DNA of 64,000 nucleotides from Candidatus Sumerlaeia bacterium (GCA_026415575.1 JAOAGV010000003.1:17616-81615); one strand, 5' to 3'; numbered from the stretch's first letter, positions 19,724-29,876 are shown. Notes: generated by a model not told the origin, from the sequence alone. Numbers and translations are program-made.

Positions 19724-21480
19724 CGGAGTCGCGCGACCAGCGTCGCCTGCTCGTCATCGGCATAGACGGCGGAACGTTTGATCTGCTCGACCCGCTGATG
19801 CGCAGGGGCGTAATGCCCAATCTGGCGGCGGTGGTGGCGCGCGGGTTTCGGGCTACGCTGCGTTCGACCATCCCGCCCAATTCCGCTGCGGCATGGGCGA
19901 CGTTTGTTACGGGCAAAAATCCCGGCCGGCACGGTGTGCTGCGCTTTCAGGCCACACGCCCGACCGCCGAGGCAGGCCGCGAGTTTCGTCCCGGCGCCTA
20001 CACCCTTTTGTCGTCTGAAAGCATCGCCGGCCCGCGCATCTGGGACATTCTTGGACATGCGGGCCGCCGCGTCGCCGTCATCAACGTCCCCATGACGTAT
20101 CCGCCGCGTCCGCTCAACGGCGTTATGATCACCGGGCTTCTCACGCCGCCGGAGGCGCGCGACTTCACTTGGCCGCCCGAACTGGCCGACTCGCTGCCCG
20201 GCTATCAGATCGAGCAGCCGCTGGCCGCCATGGGCTTCAGCGCTGAGGCGGACCGCGAACTGGTTCGCGCCTCGCTTGACATTCTCCGAATTCAAGGTGA
20301 AACCGCGCTGCGGCTGCTCCGGCAGGAACCATGGGACTTCTTCTTCGTCTGCTTCACCGGAACCGACCGCCTTCAGCACCGCCTGTGGGGGTATTTGGAA
20401 GAGCTGATGGAAGAAAGGAAAGGAGACACCGGGAAGAAGCAGAATCGGTCCGACTTGTCCGATTCGTCTGACTTGTCTGACTGGTCCCCCCTGCATGATC
20501 CGTCCGACTTGCCCGACTCAAAGTACTTTCTTCGCCGCCTTGAACACTACTATCGCCTCTTGGACGAGGCCATTGGCCGGTTGCTGGCGGCGGCGGGCGG
20601 AACAGTCAACTGCCTGATTCTTTCCGACCACGGCTTTGGTCCCGCGCCCGAACGGGCGGTCTATCGCCGCGTGCTGGCGCGATATCTTGGGCTGGAAGCC
20701 GGCGAGGGCGTTGGCGGGTTTCACTCTGTGCGCGCTTGGCTCGAGCGGCGCGGCATACTCGACGGCGACCGGCTGCGGCGGCTTCTGGCCGGAACGCCGC
20801 TTCGCCGCCTGCTGTCCCGCCTGTCGCGGTTTGCCGTGCGCAAAGAGCACGAGGCGTGGCGTTCGAGCCGCGCCTATCTTGTTGTCCTGCACAAGTATAT
20901 TGGCGGTGTGGGAATCAATCTTCCACCAGACTCACCCGACTATGCCCCGCTGTGCCAGTCGCTGATCGAACGTCTGAAGGCGGTGTGCGATCCGGATACG
21001 GGCGACCCGATCGTCACGGAGGTGTGGCGGCGCGAGGAGATTTATCGCGGCCCGCGCGTTCCCGTCTGTCCTGACATTATTTTCCGGTTGGATTTGCGCT
21101 ACGGTCTTTCGCACGGCGACTCGCCCGGCGGGCGTCTGGTGCAGCCCAAAACCTTCCGCAGTCGAGGCATCCATCGCGACGAAGGCATCCTGCTGGCCGC
21201 CGGACCCGACATCGTTCATGGTGTCGGCGGGAAGGCCCCTGCCATCGCCGACGTGACTGCGACGGCCCTGTATTTGCTCGATGCCGCGATTCCGTCCGAT
21301 ATGGACGGCACGGTGGTGGCCGATGCGATTTCGCCCGCTTATCGCGCCGAACATCCCGTGCGGATTGAACCGGCGTCCGAAGAACCTGTTTCGCCCGACA
21401 TGGCCGGAGCACGCTGGCGGTCGGCGCGCGACGAAGACGCCGTAGCCGAGCAACTGCGCGACCTCGGCTACTTGGATTAG
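19720..21480 (+). CDS. Alkaline phosphatase superfamily protein, paralog 2 (with SDLSD repeat insertion)
   Basis: IGIDG, LRSTIPPNSAAAW, TDRLQH, SDHGF, GIHRDEG; ends LRDLGYLD. Confidence 0.88.
   Translation: MTESRDQRRLLVIGIDGGTFDLLDPLMRRGVMPNLAAVVARGFRATLRSTIPPNSAAAWATFVTGKNPGRHGVLRFQATRPTAEAGREFRPGAYTLLSSESIAGPRIWDILGHAGRRVAVINVPMTYPPRPLNGVMITGLLTPPEARDFTWPPELADSLPGYQIEQPLAAMGFSAEADRELVRASLDILRIQGETALRLLRQEPWDFFFVCFTGTDRLQHRLWGYLEELMEERKGDTGKKQNRSDLSDSSDLSDWSPLHDPSDLPDSKYFLRRLEHYYRLLDEAIGRLLAAAGGTVNCLILSDHGFGPAPERAVYRRVLARYLGLEAGEGVGGFHSVRAWLERRGILDGDRLRRLLAGTPLRRLLSRLSRFAVRKEHEAWRSSRAYLVVLHKYIGGVGINLPPDSPDYAPLCQSLIERLKAVCDPDTGDPIVTEVWRREEIYRGPRVPVCPDIIFRLDLRYGLSHGDSPGGRLVQPKTFRSRGIHRDEGILLAAGPDIVHGVGGKAPAIADVTATALYLLDAAIPSDMDGTVVADAISPAYRAEHPVRIEPASEEPVSPDMAGARWRSARDEDAVAEQLRDLGYLD
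20449..20520. repeat. Degenerate 9-nt tandem repeat (TCCGACTTG) inside CDS
   Basis: tccgacttg tccgattcg tctgacttg tctgactgg ... tccgacttg cccgactca; encodes SDLSDSSDLSDW...SDLPDS. Confidence 0.85.
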
Positions 21481-21510
21481 CCGCAAGCGATGAATGCGGA
21501 ATGAAGAAAG

Positions 21511-23154
21511 ATGCATAACGAAAGCGGCGAACGCAGGCGGGTGCTGATGATCGGGCTCGACGGCGCCACGTGGGACGTTATCCGTCCGATGATTGCCGCA
21601 GGCCGGCTACCGACGCTGTCGCGCCTTGTGCGCGAAGGCGTCTCGGGCGTCCTGCGTTCAACCATGCCGCCGCTGAGTCCCGTGGCGTGGTCATCGTTTC
21701 TGACGGGTGTGAATCCCGGCCGACACGGCGTATTCGGTTTCGAAGAACCGGTCGAGGGGACGTATGATTTTCATCCGGTGACCTCGCGTCCTGCCGGCCG
21801 CCGCTCGCTGTGGCGAATCGTGAGCGATCACGGGCGGCGCGTCGTCGCGCTCGACATCCCGTTTTCCTGGCCGCCTGAGCCGGTCAACGGCTGTCTGGTG
21901 GCCGGATTCGGCGCGCCGGTGGGCGAAGGTGTCGAGTTCACTCATCCGCCGGCGTTGCGGCGCGCCCTTGAAAAGCGGTTCGGCGAATTCCGCGTTGCGG
22001 TTCCCAACATCAAGGCCGCACCGCCGCGCGAGGCCGTCTTCCGGCGCTGGGACCGCATTCTTGACAATCGCGCCCGTGTTGCCGATGCGCTGATTGCCGA
22101 AGAAGATTGGGACGTCTTTATGATCGTCCTCGGCGTGACCGATCACATTCAGCACGGCGCATGGACCTGCTTCGAGCCGCTGCACCCCGACTGGCGCTTG
22201 CCGGAGGCCGGGCAGGTCCGCGAGGCGCTCTTCCGCTACTACGCGCGCGCGGATGAATGGGTCGAACGGCTCATCGAGCGCGCCGGCCCCTCGATTCATG
22301 TCCTCGTTCTTTCCGATCATGGCTTCGGCACAACGCAGCGGGGGGATCTCACGCGGCAAGTGCTGATCGAACACGGCTGGCTGCGTTACCGCCCGTGGCC
22401 GCTGCTTTCGGGCCGACGTGCCATGGACTGGCTGCATCGCGCGTATCATGCCTCGCCATGGCTCAAGCGCCTGCTGCATCGCCGGCGCGCCGGGCGCCGT
22501 TGGCTCAAGCAGGCGGTTGCGCGGGCAATTGACTGGCCACAAACGCGGGCGTTTCCGGCGGCCATGGGCTGGCAGGTGTATATCCACCGGTGCGGTGCTT
22601 TCCCGCACGGCTGTGTGGAGTCGGACGGCGACTATGCGCTGCTTTGCTCGCAGATTCGGGAAGCGATCGAGCACTGTCCGGCGGACGGATTACCGCAAAG
22701 GCCGATTCGGCGCGTCTGGCATCGCGACGAGATTTATCGCGGCGAGGCCGCAGCCCGTGCACCCGATCTCTTTGTTGAATATCAGAACCTGCATACGCCA
22801 GGCAGCGGGACAACTCCGCCTCTCCCGTTGGGCGCCGTGCGCGACCTTGTCGGAAGCCACACGCTGGACGGCATCTTGATCGCGTGGGGCCCCGACATTG
22901 CCCACGCCAGTCTCGACGGCGCGCACATCGAGGATGTGATGCCCACTGCCCTGCACCTGATGGGTCTGCCCGTGCCCGACGATCTCGACGGCAGAGTTCT
23001 CGAACGCGCATTGCGGCCGGAATCGCTCCAACGGCGGCCTGTTTGCTATGAATCAGGCACAGGAGATGTCGTGTCCTCCACGGCTGCATCCCTTGCCGCC
23101 GACGCGGCCGAGTCGGTCAGAGAGCAGCTGCGGAATTTGGGCTATTTGGATTAG
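21511..23154 (+). CDS. Alkaline phosphatase superfamily protein, paralog 3
   Basis: IGLDG, LRSTMPPLSPVAW, TDHIQH, SDHGF, GSHTLDG; ends LRNLGYLD. Confidence 0.88.
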   Translation: MHNESGERRRVLMIGLDGATWDVIRPMIAAGRLPTLSRLVREGVSGVLRSTMPPLSPVAWSSFLTGVNPGRHGVFGFEEPVEGTYDFHPVTSRPAGRRSLWRIVSDHGRRVVALDIPFSWPPEPVNGCLVAGFGAPVGEGVEFTHPPALRRALEKRFGEFRVAVPNIKAAPPREAVFRRWDRILDNRARVADALIAEEDWDVFMIVLGVTDHIQHGAWTCFEPLHPDWRLPEAGQVREALFRYYARADEWVERLIERAGPSIHVLVLSDHGFGTTQRGDLTRQVLIEHGWLRYRPWPLLSGRRAMDWLHRAYHASPWLKRLLHRRRAGRRWLKQAVARAIDWPQTRAFPAAMGWQVYIHRCGAFPHGCVESDGDYALLCSQIREAIEHCPADGLPQRPIRRVWHRDEIYRGEAAARAPDLFVEYQNLHTPGSGTTPPLPLGAVRDLVGSHTLDGILIAWGPDIAHASLDGAHIEDVMPTALHLMGLPVPDDLDGRVLERALRPESLQRRPVCYESGTGDVVSSTAASLAADAAESVREQLRNLGYLD

Positions 23155-23173
23155 TCGAAATGATGAATGCGGA

Positions 23174-24730
23174 ATGATGAATGAGGCATTAGGCAGGAAA
23201 AGCGGCGAACGAAAGCGCGTTCTGGTTGTCGGTCTCGACGGCGCGGCGTGGGAGATTCTCCGGCCGATGGCCGACGAAGGACGCCTGCCATGCCTTGCCG
23301 CCCTGATGAGATGCTCGGCGTGTTGCGAATTACGCTCGACCGCGCCGCCGCTCACGCCGCCCGCTTGGTCGTCGTTTGCCACGGGTGTGGCGCCGGAAGA
23401 ACATGGCGTTTTCGGTTTCAACTATCCCGACCCCCACGACTACTCACTGCGTCTGACCAGCGCGGCCGATTTACTGCGGCCGACGCTGTGGCAGCACCTC
23501 AGCAGCGCCGGCCTGCGTGTTCTGCTTCTCGACGTGCCGTTCACGTTTCCGCCGCAATCCGTCCACGGCTTCATGGTAAGCGGTTTCCCCACGCCGGCGG
23601 CCGGTTGTTTCACTCATCCATCTGATTTGGCCAACCGCTTCGATTGCGACGGCTTCGCTTGCGAGCGCCATCCCGCCGAGCCGCCCGACCCGGCTTCGGC
23701 CGGTTTTCTGGCGTGGCTCGACCGCTTCCTCGATGCGCGGCTGGCTCTTTTCCGAAAGCTTTCGGCGGCCGCGCCGTGGGACTTTGCCATGGTCGGCACG
23801 ATGGCCCTCGATTGGGCGCAGCATGCATTGTGGAAATACTACGACCCGCGTTTTGTGTTTGCCTCCGAGCCGGAGGCCGCCGGACATCGCGAAACTTTGC
23901 GCGAAGTGTATCGCCGCGTGGACCGCTGGATTGGCGATTTGATCGGGAGCGCAAGCGGCGAGCCGAATGTCGTCGTGCTGTCCGACCACGGCTTCGGCAC
24001 GACCTATCACCATGACTGGATATGCGAGGCGCTTACGCAGGCCGGCTTGCTGCATTGGAGGTCGGGCGCGGGTGCGGTGCGGCGGCTGAGCCGGCGAATG
24101 CTGCAAATCGCGCGCTCCTCGCCGCATCTTCAACGTTGGGGCAAACGCCTGTTGGGCGAAACGCGGAGGGCGCGGACATGGGCGCGCACCGCGCGCGCCT
24201 ACGACGCCATTGATTGGGAGCGGACACGGGTCTTCCCTGCGGGCGATTACCACCTTAATTTGTATGTTCACACGAAGGCACGGTTTGCGCGCGGGATGGT
24301 GGGCGCCGGAAGAGACTACGCACGGGTGTTGGAGGACGCAAAAAATGCAGTGCTGGAGTTTTGTCCGCCGGGCCACCGCTTGAAACTCGCCCGGTCGGTT
24401 TCCTGCCCGGCGTGGCCCGCGGAAGAACGTGCGATTCGCCTGCGTCCGGACCTCATTGTCGAGCTGTCGGTGTTTCCGCCGTCGGCCGCGGCGTCCGTCG
24501 GGCAAATGGCCGGTTTGTGCGGTTTTCATGTTCCGTCAGGCGTTTTGATTTCTCCGTTGGAACAGCCGGCGCGAGCTGACATCTGCGGTGTTGCCCGGAC
24601 AATTCTCGACTATTTTGGTGTTCCCCCGGCCGCCGGTTCCCAATCCACCCCTCCCGGACGTCCGGAATTCAGCGCCGCCGAAACCGCCGCCATGCTTGAT
24701 TCGTTGCGCCGTCTCGGCTATATGGATTGA
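23174..24730 (+). CDS. Alkaline phosphatase superfamily protein, paralog 4
   Basis: VGLDG, LRSTAPPLTPPAW, LDWAQH, SDHGF, GFHVPSG; ends LRRLGYMD. Confidence 0.86.
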   Translation: MMNEALGRKSGERKRVLVVGLDGAAWEILRPMADEGRLPCLAALMRCSACCELRSTAPPLTPPAWSSFATGVAPEEHGVFGFNYPDPHDYSLRLTSAADLLRPTLWQHLSSAGLRVLLLDVPFTFPPQSVHGFMVSGFPTPAAGCFTHPSDLANRFDCDGFACERHPAEPPDPASAGFLAWLDRFLDARLALFRKLSAAAPWDFAMVGTMALDWAQHALWKYYDPRFVFASEPEAAGHRETLREVYRRVDRWIGDLIGSASGEPNVVVLSDHGFGTTYHHDWICEALTQAGLLHWRSGAGAVRRLSRRMLQIARSSPHLQRWGKRLLGETRRARTWARTARAYDAIDWERTRVFPAGDYHLNLYVHTKARFARGMVGAGRDYARVLEDAKNAVLEFCPPGHRLKLARSVSCPAWPAEERAIRLRPDLIVELSVFPPSAAASVGQMAGLCGFHVPSGVLISPLEQPARADICGVARTILDYFGVPPAAGSQSTPPGRPEFSAAETAAMLDSLRRLGYMD

Positions 24731-24733
24731 GCC

Positions 24734-25972
24734 GTGGAAACGACAAGCCCAACCGCTCGCCGACGCATTCTCTTTATCACGCAGGTGCTGCCCTATCCGC
24801 TCAATTCGGGTGCCAAGGTGCGGGCCTATTACATGCTGCGGCATTTGGCTGAACAGCACCGCGTGACGCTCTGTTCTCTGGTGCGGAAGACCGACGGCGC
24901 GGAGGCCGTCGAACATCTGAAGTCTTTTTGCGAGTCGGTTCATCTCGCGAGGGTCCGTCGGTCGCCGCTGCAGGACATTTGGGCGTTGGGAATCAGTCTG
25001 GCTTCGCAGATTCCGGTGCTGATTGCGCGCGAGCGCTCGGCGGAATTTGGCCGCATCGTCCGGCGTGCGATCACCACGTTTCACCCCGACGCCATTCACG
25101 TGGACCAGATCAAGGCCGCGCCACATGTCGAAGACCATCGCACCATTCCGCGCCTGATAGACATGCACAATGTGTATGACGGAATGCTCGAAGGCCTTGC
25201 CCGCCTGACGCGCTCGCCGCTTCGCCGCCGGTTGCTTCAGCGCGAAGCGCGCCTGATGCGCCGCTACGAAACGCGCATCTGCACGGAGTTCGACGAGGTG
25301 CTGGCCGTGACCGACTTGAACGCCCGACGCCTGCAGGCCATGACGGCGCGCAAAAACCCCGTCATGTCTATTCCGATTTGCGTGGACCCGTCGGCGGTTG
25401 CCGTGGTCGAGCCGCAGTCCGATATGCGCGAACTGCTTCTTCTCGGCCCGCTGGCGTATCCGCCGAATGCCGATGCCGCGCTGTGGATGATCCGCGAAAT
25501 CCTGCCACTGATCCGGCGCGAGCGCCCCGACATCCGCATTCGGATTGTCGGCGAGCGGCCCGGCCGGCGGCTGCGGCGCGCGGCTTCCGCCGACCCGGCG
25601 GTCTCGCTCATGGGCTATGTAGATGACATGTCGCCGTTCTGGCCGCGGACGGCGGCGCTGGCCGTCCCGTTGCGCGCCGGCAGCGGCATGCGCGTGAAAA
25701 TTCTCGATGCGATGGCGCGCGGCGTGCCTGTGATTTCAACCCCTCTGGGTGCCGAAGGCATCGAGGCGCGAAACGGCGACGAGATTCTTCTGGCCGACCA
25801 TCCTCCGGGTTTTGCACGAGCGATTGCTCGGCTGTTGGATGACGTTGACCTGCGGCGATCACTTTCGCAAAATGCGCGCCGCCTCGTGGAAGAACAATAT
25901 GACTGGCGCAAGCGCTACCGCGACGCCGACGCGGTGTATGCGCGACTGCTTTCTCACGTCAACCGCACATAG
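24734..25972 (+). CDS. Glycosyltransferase family 4
   Basis: PYPLNSGAKVR, PLRAGSGMRVKILDAMARGVPVIST, EEQYDW. Confidence 0.9.
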   Translation: METTSPTARRRILFITQVLPYPLNSGAKVRAYYMLRHLAEQHRVTLCSLVRKTDGAEAVEHLKSFCESVHLARVRRSPLQDIWALGISLASQIPVLIARERSAEFGRIVRRAITTFHPDAIHVDQIKAAPHVEDHRTIPRLIDMHNVYDGMLEGLARLTRSPLRRRLLQREARLMRRYETRICTEFDEVLAVTDLNARRLQAMTARKNPVMSIPICVDPSAVAVVEPQSDMRELLLLGPLAYPPNADAALWMIREILPLIRRERPDIRIRIVGERPGRRLRRAASADPAVSLMGYVDDMSPFWPRTAALAVPLRAGSGMRVKILDAMARGVPVISTPLGAEGIEARNGDEILLADHPPGFARAIARLLDDVDLRRSLSQNARRLVEEQYDWRKRYRDADAVYARLLSHVNRT

Positions 25973-26115
25973 AACCTGCAAGGAATCGAAATTGAAAATG
26001 GGGTCGTGCGGGCAGCCACACAAGCCTCCGCGGAGGGTGGGCATGGAAAAAGTCCTCCGAAAGCGGGAACTCTATCCATCCAAAACCGCATTCTACAGAG
26101 CATCCCGCAGGGCGC

Positions 26116-27561
26116 CTAAAGATTTTCCTCAAGCGCGGAGGGGATTGTTGCTTTTCTCATGGCCTCACGAATGCGCTGCCGCAGGTCGTTGACCCACGAA
26201 TCGGGAAATTCGCCGCCGAGGCGGTAGAACACACTGTTGTTGGTCAGAAGCGGTTCGCTTTCCACCGGGGGATTTCCCATGCGCCGCACCTTTTCCCATT
26301 CCGCGGTAAATGGCATCGGAGAGAACTCTCCGAGCAGCGGCACAGCGCCGAGCGAGAGAACGTAGTCAATGGTTTGCTCGACCTCGCTGCGCGTTTGTTC
26401 GGGCAGGCCGAACAAGACATAGACGCCGACATTGGCCGGCGCGAAGCCCGCCTGCGCAAGGGTCTGCAGCGCCGATTCAAATTGTGCCAGATCGGCGCAG
26501 CGGTTCAGTGCGCGAAGCCGCGTGCGGTCGGCCGTCTCGATGCTGAGCCGCACCGTGCGAAATCCCACTTCTGCCATTGCATGGGCAACCGGCGGGCGAA
26601 TGACCGAAAAATCCAGACCGTTGGGCGTGTGGAACCGAAGCGCAGAGGGCAGGCGCGACCGCGCGGCAATTAGGCGCCGGCAAAACGGCAGGAAGTGACG
26701 GTCGGCGTCGGCCAGCAGGGCGTCGTCGTAAAATGCCACATCGCATTCCGGCCCGTCCCCGCGCTGTTCGAGGATGCGGATCAACTCCTCGGCAGCCCGA
26801 ACGGGATCGCGCTGTCGGAAGCGGCCGAACACTTTCCGCGACGCGCAGTAGGTGCACCGGTGCGGACAGCCGCGCGTAAGCATGACCGGCAGGCAGTCGC
26901 GCGAGGACAAAAGATCATAAGCCGGCGGCGGCAGGGCGTCCAGATCATCCAAGTCCAGCAAGGGAACCGGCGGGCTCGGGCGAAACCGGTCGTTGATCAT
27001 CTGAAGCAGTGCATTCTCTCCCTCGCCCTCAATGATGAAATCGGCGCCGGATTCCCGCCGCGCGTGATCGGGAAACAATGTTGCATAAATGCCGCCCAGT
27101 GCAATCGGCGCGCGGGGAAATCGGCGGCGCAGGCGTCGAATCGCCTCGACTGCGCCGGGATACCAATAGGCCATGCGCGATCCGACGCAAATCAGGTCCA
27201 TGTCGTCCAGTGCGTCCAACGCGCGCTCGAAATCTTCGAGGGCAATGCCGTAGCGTTTGAACCGGCGCGGGATTTGCCGCAGCGCCGGCGGCTTTTCGAT
27301 TACCTGCGCGGGATATTTGCCGCAGGCAAACCGGCGCGGCTTCCAAGGACGTTCGGCCAGTGACGGATGATGGCGGTCCATGCAGTCGAGCAGAAAAGGC
27401 TCGCAACCGGCGCAGCGGGCTACGGCCGCCAGATAGAGAAGACCGAGCGGTCGCGCCCAGAGATCGAAGGCGGAAAAATCGGTGGCCCAAGGGTTGACAA
27501 AAAGAATTCGGGGCACGCGGCCGGCATGATGGGCAATTGCAGGGCGGGACAGGCAATTCAT
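26116..27561 (-). CDS. B12-binding radical SAM protein
   Basis: DFSAFDLWARPLGLLYLA, LGGIYATL, RGCPHRCTYC, FYDDAL, HTPNGL. Confidence 0.88.
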   Translation of the reverse strand: MNCLSRPAIAHHAGRVPRILFVNPWATDFSAFDLWARPLGLLYLAAVARCAGCEPFLLDCMDRHHPSLAERPWKPRRFACGKYPAQVIEKPPALRQIPRRFKRYGIALEDFERALDALDDMDLICVGSRMAYWYPGAVEAIRRLRRRFPRAPIALGGIYATLFPDHARRESGADFIIEGEGENALLQMINDRFRPSPPVPLLDLDDLDALPPPAYDLLSSRDCLPVMLTRGCPHRCTYCASRKVFGRFRQRDPVRAAEELIRILEQRGDGPECDVAFYDDALLADADRHFLPFCRRLIAARSRLPSALRFHTPNGLDFSVIRPPVAHAMAEVGFRTVRLSIETADRTRLRALNRCADLAQFESALQTLAQAGFAPANVGVYVLFGLPEQTRSEVEQTIDYVLSLGAVPLLGEFSPMPFTAEWEKVRRMGNPPVESEPLLTNNSVFYRLGGEFPDSWVNDLRQRIREAMRKATIPSALEENL

Positions 27562-27648
27562 GATGCAGAATGGACAGGGTGGACAGAATGAACGAACACG
27601 CGGCACGCCTTCCTGCCGAAGATTCCGCTCCGGAACATCGCGATCGAA

Positions 27649-28617
27649 TCAGGCGGTGGTTTTCTCAAACTGCATCGGCGGGTGCAGGTGGCCGCCGTTG
27701 ATGAGGTCCACACCCGTCAGCACCTTGCCGCCCGCCGGTTGCGCGCGCGTGATCACGAGATAGCCGTCGCCGGTGCGGACGACCGGCCCGCGGCCCGGCC
27801 AAATGCCGGCCACCTCGCCCGGTTTATGCTTGGGGTCGGCCAGCTCCGCGGCCTCGCGCGCGATCAACTTGTCTGCATCCATAAGGCGAAAGACCTTGCC
27901 GCCGGCTTTGGAAAAACAGCCGGGCCAAGGATTGAGGCCGTGAATGCGGCAGATGATCTCTTCGCTGGTCATCCGCCAGTCCAGTTCGCCGTCTGACTTC
28001 TTTAGCAGCGGGGCATGGGTGGCCTTGCTGTGATCCTGTGGCGTGGAAATAATTTTTTGCTCGCGTTCGACGGTGTCGAGCACTTGAAGCAACAAGTCGG
28101 CCCCGACGGCGCTCAACATGTTGCCGAGCGAGAGCGCGTCGTCGTCGTCGAGGATTTCGACCTCGCTTTGCGCGACAATGCCGCCGGTGTCGAGCCCTTC
28201 GTCCATGTGCATGATCGTGACGCCGGTCTTTCGCTCGCCGCGGATGATGGCCCACGGCACCGGCGCCGCGCCGCGATACTTCGGCAGAAGCGAGGCATGG
28301 ACATTGAGGCAGCCAAGGCGCGGGACGGCAAGCACTTCGGGCGGAAGAATTTTGCCGTAGGCGACCACCACAATCACGTCGGGGTGGTAGGCAGCAAGCG
28401 TCTTGTGAAAATCGGTGCCGCGAATCTTTTCCGGCTGGAGAACGGGAATATTGTGCCGCACCGCCACCAGCTTGACGGGCGGGGGGTGAATTTGCCGGCC
28501 GCGCCCGGATGGCCGGTCGGGCTGGGTGACCACGCAAACCACCTCATGGCGCGATTCGATGAGCCGTTCCAGTGTCGGGACGGCAAAGTCCGGAGTTCCC
28601 ATGAAGATAATCCGCAT
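27649..28617 (-). CDS. fmt: Methionyl-tRNA formyltransferase
   Basis: MRIIFMGTPDFAVP, VTQPDRP, NVHASLLPKYRGAAP, GLDTG, GLNPWPG. Confidence 0.96.
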   Translation of the reverse strand: MRIIFMGTPDFAVPTLERLIESRHEVVCVVTQPDRPSGRGRQIHPPPVKLVAVRHNIPVLQPEKIRGTDFHKTLAAYHPDVIVVVAYGKILPPEVLAVPRLGCLNVHASLLPKYRGAAPVPWAIIRGERKTGVTIMHMDEGLDTGGIVAQSEVEILDDDDALSLGNMLSAVGADLLLQVLDTVEREQKIISTPQDHSKATHAPLLKKSDGELDWRMTSEEIICRIHGLNPWPGCFSKAGGKVFRLMDADKLIAREAAELADPKHKPGEVAGIWPGRGPVVRTGDGYLVITRAQPAGGKVLTGVDLINGGHLHPPMQFEKTTA

Positions 28618-28862
28618 CGGTTCCTTCCACGGCGCGCGATGAAGTTCACGTCCTGAAAACGAATCTATTCCCGTGGCGGCGGCAATGCAACGGGAACTTT
28701 CGCGCAAACGGGTATAAGGAAGTTGCGATGGAGTGTAGCATGGGCGTCTCGCTCATGACTCTTGCAACAAATCTGTCCAAAATCCCTTCATTCTTATGGG
28801 GGAGATGTCCATGCTACGGCCGAATCGCGATATTTCGGAAGTCCTTTTTCTGCAAAAACTGC

Positions 28863-28917
28863 TTGACAAGATGTTGGCGATGCAAGATTTTGTATTCAGA
28901 ATTGTATTCAAAATACA
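28863..28917 (+). promoter_or_regulatory. Candidate gntR promoter/operator
   Basis: TTGACA at 28863-28868 (no convincing -10 at canonical spacing); TTGTATTCA direct repeat (28890, 28902) and palindrome TGTATT-CAA-AATACA at 28903-28917. Confidence 0.5.
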
Positions 28918-28966
28918 TTTAATCGCTGAGGATTATTGATCATAAGCTCATAAGGGTCAAACATTC

Positions 28967-29623
28967 ATGCATGAAGAAACCGGCGATGTCGTGAATCATG
29001 TCGGCTTGAGTCAGCTCGTTTATCAGAAAGTCAAAGCACTTATTCTGAATAACGTGCTGGCTCCCGGTCAGAAAATCACGCAAGAGGAAGTCGCCCGACG
29101 GCTCGGTGTCAGCCGCACCCCCCTGCTCAAGGCTTTGCAGATGCTCGAAAGCGAAATGCTGGTTGAGTCCATTCCGCGTCGGGGCGTTTTTGTCAAACGC
29201 ATGGACCTTCGGGAAATCCGCGATGCGTTTGATTGCCGCGAGGCGTTGGAGAGTATCGCCACACGGCTGGCCGCCGAAAAAATCACCGATGCCGAGGTGG
29301 CTGAGATCCGCTTGCTGTTTGCTCCGTTTCTGGCCGAGCGCGACCGGATTGATCTGAAGCAATACGAGGCGGCCGACCGGCGGTTTCACGCGCGAATTGT
29401 CGAAATCAGCGGCAACCGTATTCTCGCCAATCTTGAAGTGCTGGGCAATATCCAGCTGATTGTCTATCAGCGGGGGCTGATCCGTCCGCCGTCGGAGACG
29501 CTGCCCGAGCATATGGCCATCATCGAGGCTTTGGAGAAGCACGACAGCGAGACGGCGGAACAGTTGATGCGCGCGCATTTCAAAGCCTCGCGCGACCGGA
29601 TAGACCAGATGTTGCGCGAATAG
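28967..29623 (+). CDS. GntR family regulator (FCD domain)
   Basis: LAPGQKI...VARRLGVSRTP wHTH; ADRRFH..I...SGN..L, EHMAIIEAL, MRAH. Confidence 0.93.
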   Translation: MHEETGDVVNHVGLSQLVYQKVKALILNNVLAPGQKITQEEVARRLGVSRTPLLKALQMLESEMLVESIPRRGVFVKRMDLREIRDAFDCREALESIATRLAAEKITDAEVAEIRLLFAPFLAERDRIDLKQYEAADRRFHARIVEISGNRILANLEVLGNIQLIVYQRGLIRPPSETLPEHMAIIEALEKHDSETAEQLMRAHFKASRDRIDQMLRE

Positions 29624-29876
29624 GAGGAATCGCAGTTCACAGCACCGGCGTTGGAGTAGAACAAACAGAGTGCTTTCCGTCAGGGAAATAAACGATTTGG
29701 AAAAAAAAAGCAATTTATCCCTTGGAAAAGGTTTGCCCTCTGTCTTTCGCAAGGAGTGAAGCAGAAAAGACAATCTGGATAAAATGGGTTGCAATGGAGA
29801 AAGTGGTCTGACCCAAATACCCGATGTCAGGAATAGTCAGCCTTGACGCAAAAGATCATTCCAGGGAGGAGAAGTC

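Noticed and set aside
20449-20520. Short repeats considered as a CRISPR array
   Set aside because: Units are 7-9 nt with no unique spacers, and no cas genes are present.
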